The translations under genes and the position numbers were made by a program. Under the pieces are notes generated by a model. That model saw only the letters and a program-made list of their open reading frames with translations, was not told where the DNA came from and made no database searches. A stretch of 64,000 bases of DNA from a virus (Duplodnaviria > Caudoviricetes), in the IMG/VR virus record IMGVR_UViG_3300030376_002811, positions 5,183-69,182 of that record. One strand, 5' to 3'. This document shows positions 1-7,224 of the stretch, in pieces. Numbering within the stretch: position 1 is the first letter of the stretch; every line of letters begins with the position of its first letter.

Positions 1-187
1 ATCTATAAAAGCTGTTTATTTTTATAGGTCCACCAACCCATTCTCTTAGCGGCTCAAATACTTCCTTAGCGATAATCTCCATAAAATGTAAGTGGTCATC
101 TGTAGGAGTATTGTCTATACCTCTTCTTGTGGCGGTGTTACTGTGAACACCTTCTTTGTAACTTACGTGTTTACTTATTTTATTCAT
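1..187 (-). CDS. Peptidase M15-family endolysin, N-terminal part (runs off the window edge; not in ORF track)
   Basis: Manual translation from ATG at 187: MNKISKHVSYKEGVHSNTATRRGIDNTPTDDHLHFMEIIAKEVFEPLREWVGGPIKINSFYR, matching the usual M15A N-terminus (S..ATR.GIDNTP...EPLR...GPI.INS.YR). Confidence 0.75.
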   Translation of the reverse strand, partial: MNKISKHVSYKEGVHSNTATRRGIDNTPTDDHLHFMEIIAKEVFEPLREWVGGPIKINSFYR

Positions 188-519
188 TATATCTTATTGT
201 TTATAGTATAAGTTAAAAAAGCACTAACGCTGGGCGATGATCCACCAACCTCATCAGCAAGTACTTTTAAATCAAAAATCTCAGCGTTGTACTCTATAGG
301 TGAATCGTAATAAAAAGTAGTTGTAGCTTTAACTAAAACGCCTTTAACTATGTAGTGTATGGTTCCATCAGCTTTTTCTATGTATAAGTTTACATTAACG
401 TCAGATGCATCCGCATTAGCTATTAACACGCTTTTTATAACAGCGGTGCTTTTAGTAGCATCTTTAGCTAGCAAGTTTGTAGCTGATTCGTTTGTTATAT
501 TTATTTGTGCGTTTGCCAT
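187..519 (-). CDS. Hypothetical protein, 110 aa, beta-rich; probably tail-fibre associated
   Basis: ORF coupled to its neighbours; lies between tail fibre genes and the endolysin. Confidence 0.6.
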   Translation of the reverse strand: MANAQINITNESATNLLAKDATKSTAVIKSVLIANADASDVNVNLYIEKADGTIHYIVKGVLVKATTTFYYDSPIEYNAEIFDLKVLADEVGGSSPSVSAFLTYTINNKI

Positions 520-522
520 AGT

Positions 523-1365
523 TTAATCTAAGTTAGGTTGGTTTAATTTAAACACTACTGTAACGTAGTAATTTTTATTTCCTGTAGGTAGATTGTTTGC
601 AAAGTCTAATCCAACTAGCAGTCTATCTCCTTTCACAAAAGACAAACTTGCACCCTTATTGAGTGGATTTAAAGCAAAATCTCCTTCTATAAGGTTATTG
701 CCGGCAGCCGTAAGTAAGCTAATAGTTCCGTGCGTTTCTAGTGTAGTACTACTGTTAGGGGTTTTTTCAAATGTAGCAGTGAGAATTTGTGCTTTACCAC
801 CGCTAAGCGTACTGTTAGGCGAGCTTATATGAATACTTTTAATTTGACCAGAACAAGGGGCAACAAATACATTTCTAGGACTTGTAGCAGCCGCGCTTTC
901 AGTAATACCGTCAGAGAAAGGAACGTATTGCTTGTTAACTAAGTTAGCGTTTAACATGTTACAAACTACAGGAAAGTATATATCAGTAGCATCGCGCTTA
1001 GCTGTGTTAGCTGTGATAGCGCTAGCTTGGCTGGTTGATATACCTGTTTTAGCTGTGTTCGCTGTAATAGCATTAGCTTGAGTTGTGGTTATCCCTTCAC
1101 CATCATCAGACGTGTTAACAACGTTTTTAGCTAACATGTGTAAAAAAGCTCTTAAAGCTTCGTTATCTATTTGTGGATTAAACTCTAATCCACCACCAAC
1201 GTCTACTTCAGATACAAACAACTCTTCTACCATATCTAGTATCTCAGCTCTAGTTCTAAGCTCGTCACTAGCTATTGTCACCTTAGTAGGTGTTGACGCT
1301 GGTTTCTTAATTAAAGCCTTATATCTTGCCTTAGTATTACTATCTGTATAATCTCCCTTTGCCAT
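523..1365 (-). CDS. Tail fibre-associated protein, 280 aa
   Basis: Tandem repeat TQANAITANTAKTGISTSQASAITANTAK followed by a beta-sandwich-like C-terminus; adjacent to a fibre gene. Confidence 0.55.
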   Translation of the reverse strand: MAKGDYTDSNTKARYKALIKKPASTPTKVTIASDELRTRAEILDMVEELFVSEVDVGGGLEFNPQIDNEALRAFLHMLAKNVVNTSDDGEGITTTQANAITANTAKTGISTSQASAITANTAKRDATDIYFPVVCNMLNANLVNKQYVPFSDGITESAAATSPRNVFVAPCSGQIKSIHISSPNSTLSGGKAQILTATFEKTPNSSTTLETHGTISLLTAAGNNLIEGDFALNPLNKGASLSFVKGDRLLVGLDFANNLPTGNKNYYVTVVFKLNQPNLD

Positions 1366-3017
1366 TAGTATCTAAATTTAATTGTTATGTCTCCAAATAT
1401 AGTGCCAGACCAAGCGGTATTTTTTCTTATTACTGGTAATAACTGGGAGCCAGCCGCAAGCGCGTAACCAGTAGTATCGGTGGCTGTATGTAGGTAATTA
1501 GCACTAGCGTTTCCTGTTATAGAATATTGTTTTAATAAATTAGTTGTATTGTCAGACGATCCGCTACCAGGTACAATTTCCCAAAGCTCAAAGACGTAAT
1601 CATCACCACTACCACCACCAGTATCTGTAAAGTTGTACATAACTGTGTGTATACTACAAGCTGTTATAGCTTGATAATGGCTCCACTTCGAGCTATTTTT
1701 ATTAACTACACCACCACCATCTGAATAAGCTGTAGCGCCAATATTAAAGTTGTAGTGACCGCCATAACTCATGTATTGATTAGCGCTGGCAGCTGACATA
1801 AACAAGTTTATATGTAGATAATCAAAGTGATGATTAACCTCTCCTAAATCTACATCTTCGTCAGGAACTGTTATTGTTCTATCACCTGTTGGATTTGTTA
1901 TACTAAAAGTTGTTTCGTGCACGTCTGGAACTGACCCTTCAAATATAAGGTTACCTTGTAAAAGAGTATCTCCATCAGCTCTAAAGCTAGCTATCACATT
2001 AGTTCCTCTAAGTGCAGTTGAACTACTAGCGTTTGTTTCTCCAGCTTGTATTATCACGCCACCACCAGCACCACTACCAGTTGCTCTACCACCAAACAAC
2101 TGTAAATTACCTCCATTTTTATCAGTACCAGTAGCATCGCCACCTCTTACATATAAATCTCCGCCAAATTCATCAGTGTGCCTTAATCTTCTTATAGTAG
2201 CAGCCCCTTCGTCATCAGCTCCAATATCAAGTATTTCGCCATCATAAGATAACGTTGATTCAGCTTGAATCGCAGATGTACCATTACCTGTTAGTATAGA
2301 GTTTGATGTTAAGGATGTAGCCCCTGTACCACCGCTGCCGACAGCTAATAACGAAGATAAACCTGCAGCTGTACCTGTTGTGTTTTGATTTAATGTAGGT
2401 ATGTTAGCCGCATTTATTGTAGCTGTCCCACTTATGTCTGTGTCCCAACGATAATGCTCTTCTGCTACAAAGTTTAATAACGAGTCATGATCTACTTCAC
2501 TGGCATCAACCGCGACCGTAAATGTACCACCTTGAGCTTGAGAGGTATCTATACCAGTTCCTCCAGCTAAAACCCAACTTACAGAACCTGAGGTAACATT
2601 GGTTACATTACTATCATCTGTCGCTAGTCTAATAGAAGATATAGTTCCTGTATTAGTAGTATAACCAGCTCCATTGGCTATGTACTGATTGTCTAAAGCC
2701 CCACCGTTACCAGTGTACGTAGAGAGAGCTGTATTTTCAACGTTGCCTAAATCTACGTCTGACTTAGTTGTGTTTGAATTAAGTAGTGTAGATATACTAT
2801 TAAGACCTGTACCACCGTTGGCAACAGGTAAAATGCCAGTAACCTCACTAGTTAAATCTACAGAGCTTCCAACTTCTGCAGCTTTTACTATTTTATTGTT
2901 TGAGTCTAAGCCTAGGTTACCACCACTCGCTATAGTTCCAGCAGCTATATCTTCTAAGTAGACGTCATTTTTAAATCTAGCTACTAAGTTTTGTATGAAC
3001 GCACCTATAAACTTCAT
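1365..3017 (-). CDS. Tail fibre-like protein, 550 aa
   Basis: G/T/S/N-rich, with fibre-type motifs ILPVANGGTG and LAVGSGGTGATSLT and a glycine-rich GGDLYVRGG/GGNLQLFGG segment. Confidence 0.65.
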   Translation of the reverse strand: MKFIGAFIQNLVARFKNDVYLEDIAAGTIASGGNLGLDSNNKIVKAAEVGSSVDLTSEVTGILPVANGGTGLNSISTLLNSNTTKSDVDLGNVENTALSTYTGNGGALDNQYIANGAGYTTNTGTISSIRLATDDSNVTNVTSGSVSWVLAGGTGIDTSQAQGGTFTVAVDASEVDHDSLLNFVAEEHYRWDTDISGTATINAANIPTLNQNTTGTAAGLSSLLAVGSGGTGATSLTSNSILTGNGTSAIQAESTLSYDGEILDIGADDEGAATIRRLRHTDEFGGDLYVRGGDATGTDKNGGNLQLFGGRATGSGAGGGVIIQAGETNASSSTALRGTNVIASFRADGDTLLQGNLIFEGSVPDVHETTFSITNPTGDRTITVPDEDVDLGEVNHHFDYLHINLFMSAASANQYMSYGGHYNFNIGATAYSDGGGVVNKNSSKWSHYQAITACSIHTVMYNFTDTGGGSGDDYVFELWEIVPGSGSSDNTTNLLKQYSITGNASANYLHTATDTTGYALAAGSQLLPVIRKNTAWSGTIFGDITIKFRY

Positions 3018-4894
3018 TTTATAAGTTTTCGTTCTACAGTTCCATCGTTGTATCTAAAGAATAATACTGTGTTTTTAATTACTTTTGATGGTCTACCTAG
3101 TACATCAGTAATTGATATTAACTCTCTTTCTACTAGCCTTCTAGGCATAGGACCTGTCCAAGTGCCATCACAATAGTCGTATGTAAGCTGGCATATATCG
3201 TCCCATTCGTTTTCACAGCAATAGTTGTCTACATCAATAACCCACTCGTAACATTCATCGTTTAACCAATAAGGATTTCCTGGACCAGTAATACAGTTAG
3301 CAGCATAGAGACAAGATAAAGAGTCGTCAACGTTAGCAAATGAATCGTAGTTATATGCTGATTGATCCATGCAGCCCTCAACAACCTCAATACATGAGCC
3401 GTTATCCGTGTTAGCCAATGAGTCAAAATTAATAGCGGTACTATCCGTACACCCATACAAATAAGAAATACAACTAAAATCCTCCGTGTTTGCTTCTGGG
3501 TTATAATTAAGCATAGAAGGATCTGTGCAACCAAATATGTAAGGTATACAAGAGTTATTATCACTATTAGCTAATGGGTTATAATTAAACATTGTTGAGT
3601 CTGTACAACCAAATACAAAAGGAATACAGCTGCCATCATCTGTGTTTGCGTTGGAATCATAGTTATACATTGTAGCATCAGTACAACCGTAATAAAGTGG
3701 TATACAACTACCGTCGTCAACGTTGGCATTAGGATTGTAGTTAAATGCCAACTGATTCATACAACCCTCTATTACAGATATACAAGATCCCTGTAGTTCT
3801 GTGTTTGCTAGTGGATCATAGTTTAAAGCTGTAGAGTCCATACAGCCTAAAACTATCAAAGTCTGACAGCTACCATCGTCAAAGTCAGCTGCTAAGTTAT
3901 ATTCTAAATATATAGGGTTTGTGCAGCCAGCTAAATAATAGCACGTGGTATCATCTGTGTTAGCTAAACTATCATAATTTAAAGCTAGAGTATCTGTACA
4001 GCCATAAATTCTTTCAATACAATCATCTCCACAATAAGGCATGCCTTCTACTATTATGAAAGGTACTAGTGGACTAGCGAAGCCGCCGGGCGCATCAATA
4101 GCCACGTGCTCTTCTGAGTACACACTATAACCACATTGCACTGACGTAAACTGCGACTGCTGTGTTATATTAAACTTAACACTAATAGGTTCTAGTATGC
4201 TTAATTCAAATGTAAACGTAGTATCAAATCCATCATCAAGAGTAAATACACCTAAGAAGTTGTTACCTTGAAATACCTGTAGATACGCTCCAGCCCAACC
4301 ATTGCCAGCTAAGTCTGTTAACTCTAACGTGTGAGTGCAACTGTCTACTAATATGTCTGTATTAGCAGAGTCTACATAATTATAAGCTAGTGAGTCGGTG
4401 CATCCAAAGACTTTAGGGGTTAAACACATACCTGTGTCTAATGTTGCTATTGGTAAAAACTCTACAAAGCTATTATCCATGCAACCATAAATAGGTGGTG
4501 GTGGAGCGCAGTCATCTACTGTAAAACCATGGTAAGCAGCAAAGCCAAAATTAGCTGAATCTATTTCAACTATTGTGTCGTTGCATCTTACTAGGTAGTA
4601 CGAGCCATCTTGTCCGCCCCATAAACTACCTTGCATACCATCTCCATATCCATCGCTCACTACAAATTCGTAATCACCATTAGGCACACAAAGCTGAGTT
4701 ACTTGAGGTGAATAGTCTACTATATTATCATAAGGGCCTCCAGTAACAACAGTATCTAGGTTGCTATCTAGTATAAGCCAAGACGTCTCCTCTGGATATT
4801 GATCTGGGTTTATTATAATGTCTAAATAAGTGCCGTTAGGGCACTGTGCAAACGCTATATTAACGCAAAATATTAGTGTGATTAAATGTTTCAT
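3014..4894 (-). CDS. Exported Cys-rich repeat protein with a T9SS-like C-terminal sorting domain, 626 aa
   Basis: Signal peptide MKHLITLIFCVNIAFA, a DGYGDG domain, about ten GC(T/M)DxxAxNY(D/N)xxANxDDGSC repeats, and C-terminus LISITDVLGRPSKVIKNTVLFFRYNDGTVERKLIK. Confidence 0.7.
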   Translation of the reverse strand: MKHLITLIFCVNIAFAQCPNGTYLDIIINPDQYPEETSWLILDSNLDTVVTGGPYDNIVDYSPQVTQLCVPNGDYEFVVSDGYGDGMQGSLWGGQDGSYYLVRCNDTIVEIDSANFGFAAYHGFTVDDCAPPPPIYGCMDNSFVEFLPIATLDTGMCLTPKVFGCTDSLAYNYVDSANTDILVDSCTHTLELTDLAGNGWAGAYLQVFQGNNFLGVFTLDDGFDTTFTFELSILEPISVKFNITQQSQFTSVQCGYSVYSEEHVAIDAPGGFASPLVPFIIVEGMPYCGDDCIERIYGCTDTLALNYDSLANTDDTTCYYLAGCTNPIYLEYNLAADFDDGSCQTLIVLGCMDSTALNYDPLANTELQGSCISVIEGCMNQLAFNYNPNANVDDGSCIPLYYGCTDATMYNYDSNANTDDGSCIPFVFGCTDSTMFNYNPLANSDNNSCIPYIFGCTDPSMLNYNPEANTEDFSCISYLYGCTDSTAINFDSLANTDNGSCIEVVEGCMDQSAYNYDSFANVDDSLSCLYAANCITGPGNPYWLNDECYEWVIDVDNYCCENEWDDICQLTYDYCDGTWTGPMPRRLVERELISITDVLGRPSKVIKNTVLFFRYNDGTVERKLIK

Positions 4895-5241
4895 TAAAAT
4901 TTACTCATTATTAGTTCTTCAATATAATCTTGTACTTCTTCTCTAGTAGCAGCCATTTTAAAACTTAAGTCTGCTTGAAACCGTTTGACTTCTTCGTCAT
5001 CATCAAAAACAATGATAGTAGGTACAATAGCAATAGCATATTTTTTTTGTATTTCTGTGTCGTCTATACTTAAACTTTTCTTACCAGCGTCTGATATTTT
5101 ATCGAACCACTCAACATCGTTAGCTGAGTTCCAGCCAGCGTTAAAGTGTATGACTTTAATCTGACCATAAGCTGTTGATGCTGTAAATACTAATATCATT
5201 ATTAGTACGTACAGGTAGTTTGCTATACATATCTTTTTCAT
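4894..5241 (-). CDS. Exported thioredoxin-fold protein lacking CxxC, 115 aa
   Basis: Hydrophobic N-terminal signal, then VIHFNAGWN...KKYAIAIVPTIIVFDDDEEVKRF (Trx pattern with cis-Pro VPT). WNSAN replaces WCxxC. Confidence 0.65.
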   Translation of the reverse strand: MKKICIANYLYVLIMILVFTASTAYGQIKVIHFNAGWNSANDVEWFDKISDAGKKSLSIDDTEIQKKYAIAIVPTIIVFDDDEEVKRFQADLSFKMAATREEVQDYIEELIMSKF

Positions 5242-5513
5242 CTTAACTGGTCTATCTTATCTTCTATACGTCTGATGTCGTCTTTTATCTCTTTAACATC
5301 TTCTTGCGTAGTCATGATAGTTTGTCGAACGTTTTGGTCCTTCATGTCAAACTCCATGCGGGTAACATCCGGAGTGGGAAGCTCTTTAGCGTCAGCTATA
5401 TCAGCTTGCAGTGCAAACCACATACCAATAATAGTAGCCATAGCAAACCCTATGCCTATCAACGTTTGAATACTAACCTTAAAGCTAGTGTTTTCATTTA
5501 ATTCTTTTGCCAT
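5238..5513 (-). CDS. Single-TM protein with C-terminal coiled coil, 91 aa
   Basis: TM segment IQTLIGIGFAMATIIGMWFAL followed by heptad-like VKEIKDDIRRIEDKIDQL. Confidence 0.6.
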   Translation of the reverse strand: MAKELNENTSFKVSIQTLIGIGFAMATIIGMWFALQADIADAKELPTPDVTRMEFDMKDQNVRQTIMTTQEDVKEIKDDIRRIEDKIDQLR

Positions 5514-5519
5514 TTTAAC

Positions 5520-5813
5520 TTATGATTTTTTATTTGCTCTACAAAATTTAGCTGCAGCCTCTCTGCTACCAAAGCCCCATTTTTTTAACGCCATAGCATA
5601 AGGAGTAGGTTCTCCCTTAGCTGTTTTCATACTACCTTTCATGCCCGCGAATCTACAAGCGAAAGAAACTCTACGACTGTCTTTACCGCTAGTTTGTCGT
5701 TTACCTAGTGTTTTACCAGTTTCACTTTTATGCTCTGAGCGCATTTTTTTATTTCGCTTATTATAAGCTTTTTCAGTAATTTTTAGTGGTTCTGTTTTTT
5801 TATCGTATGCCAT
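5520..5813 (-). CDS. Small basic phage protein (DUF6321-like); start reassigned to ATG 5813
   Basis: Motif RRVSFACRFAGMKGSMK...PTPYAMALKKWG is typical of this phage family. The upstream part of the track ORF overlaps the previous gene. Confidence 0.55.
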   Translation of the reverse strand: MAYDKKTEPLKITEKAYNKRNKKMRSEHKSETGKTLGKRQTSGKDSRRVSFACRFAGMKGSMKTAKGEPTPYAMALKKWGFGSREAAAKFCRANKKS

Positions 5814-5817
5814 AACT

Positions 5818-6075
5818 TTATTTTTTTTGACAACTACCAGGAGCACAAGGCTTAGTTCCAGGAACACGCTTGTATCCGTCCCAGCAATTACATTTCTTCA
5901 TCGCAGCTGGCGTTTGTGATTCTTTTAACGCTTCGTCAGTAGGGTAATTTTTATCACCAGGCTTTGCGGGAGATTCACCTCTCGCTCTTTTAGCATGCAT
6001 GTTAGCCCATAAACCCTTTTTTCCTTGTAAAGGAGGCTTAACAAATCCACCGAATTCTTTTTGTCTATACCCCAT
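5818..6075 (-). CDS. Small basic phage protein, 85 aa
   Basis: Motif GLWANMHAKRARGESPAKPGDKNYP, plus a Cys-containing tail CWDGYKRVPGTKPCAPGSCQKK. Confidence 0.6.
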   Translation of the reverse strand: MGYRQKEFGGFVKPPLQGKKGLWANMHAKRARGESPAKPGDKNYPTDEALKESQTPAAMKKCNCWDGYKRVPGTKPCAPGSCQKK

Positions 6076-6076
6076 T

Positions 6077-6163
6077 TTACTTTTTACATTTACTGGAGCA
6101 GTGTCCTAAGCACACCTTGCCAAACGTTAAAAACTTAATTAAGTTGCAAATTTCTTTTTTCAT
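6077..6163 (-). CDS. Small Cys-rich peptide, 28 aa (not in ORF track)
   Basis: MKKEICNLIKFLTFGKVCLGHCSSKCKK fills the gap between neighbouring genes exactly. Confidence 0.5.
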   Translation of the reverse strand: MKKEICNLIKFLTFGKVCLGHCSSKCKK

Positions 6164-6165
6164 TT

Positions 6166-7224
6166 TTAAAATATTATGTAGTTAATACCAAATTTAAAAT
6201 CGTACCAAGTTCTATTCCAGTACTTGTTATATTTACCCTCTACGAAAGCTCCTAGGTTTTTATTGATTTTCCAGCCGCAAATTAATCCGCCTGAATAATC
6301 ATACCATTGTCCACCTACAAAGTTATGATAAGAGTACGTAGACTTCATTTCGTAGTGGTAAGGCATTAAGTTTGCCCAAGCATGTAGCCATGATTTCTTT
6401 GAATAAGTATAGTAATCAAATCCAAGAACTATAGAGTGGTTCCACTCTTCTTTTAGTGCGTCTCTTTGCTCTTCCACATAAGTAGCTAGTATATTTGGTA
6501 TAATTACAGATTCCCAGACATCTTTACTTGTCGCTACTAAGTTTCCATTAGGATCAAAATATTCCCCTTCATATACATTTACATTGTAGCCTTGCTGTAG
6601 TGCTAAATAAGTATAATGTATGTCACCTGTTTCCAATAACCACTCATCTAAAGGATCAAAACCGTAGGGCTCCGCTAACCTAGTAACTCCTCCTACGTTA
6701 AAAGAAAGTTTGTCGTTTAATTTGTATCTAAATCTTTGTGACGCTTCATAGTATTCTACGTCCGCAAAACCATCCACTAGATACTCTACTTTAGTTAACC
6801 ACATTGGCCTAACATATCTCAAAAAGTGATGTTGATCTAAGTACTCTATACCTTCCTGTCTTTTTAAATCTACTTCAAACAAAAACTCTAGACCGTTCAT
6901 TTTACCAAGCGTCGCCGCATCAGACCAAGAGTCTTCAGTTCCATCATAGAAAGTATTAGCTCTGTTTTCATAACCAAATCTAGCTATTTTACGTACTCCA
7001 AAAGCCACATTGTAATCGTATGGCGTTTTAACTGTCGATGTTTGTAAGCCATCTGTAACAGAAAAAGTTTCTATATCTGATATAGATGTTCCGCCGTTTA
7101 CAGCCGCGTAGAAAGTAGAAAACTTAAAAGCTTTCTTTAATACTTGTGAGCAACACTCTTTAGGAGTTGCGCAAGAAGCTATTATAAATGTTAGTATTAT
7201 TAATAGTTTTTTACTGATGTGCAT
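6166..7224 (-). CDS. Putative outer-membrane beta-barrel protein, 352 aa
   Basis: N-terminal signal/lipobox-like LTFIIASC, alternating aromatic/hydrophobic beta-strands, and a BAM-type terminal strand YDFKFGINYIIF ending in Phe. Confidence 0.65.
   Translation of the reverse strand: MHISKKLLIILTFIIASCATPKECCSQVLKKAFKFSTFYAAVNGGTSISDIETFSVTDGLQTSTVKTPYDYNVAFGVRKIARFGYENRANTFYDGTEDSWSDAATLGKMNGLEFLFEVDLKRQEGIEYLDQHHFLRYVRPMWLTKVEYLVDGFADVEYYEASQRFRYKLNDKLSFNVGGVTRLAEPYGFDPLDEWLLETGDIHYTYLALQQGYNVNVYEGEYFDPNGNLVATSKDVWESVIIPNILATYVEEQRDALKEEWNHSIVLGFDYYTYSKKSWLHAWANLMPYHYEMKSTYSYHNFVGGQWYDYSGGLICGWKINKNLGAFVEGKYNKYWNRTWYDFKFGINYIIF

Noticed and set aside
3500-4450. Tandem DNA repeats as a DGR or variable-repeat locus
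   Set aside because: The repeats are protein-level with synonymous divergence; no reverse transcriptase or adenine-specific template/variable pair was seen.
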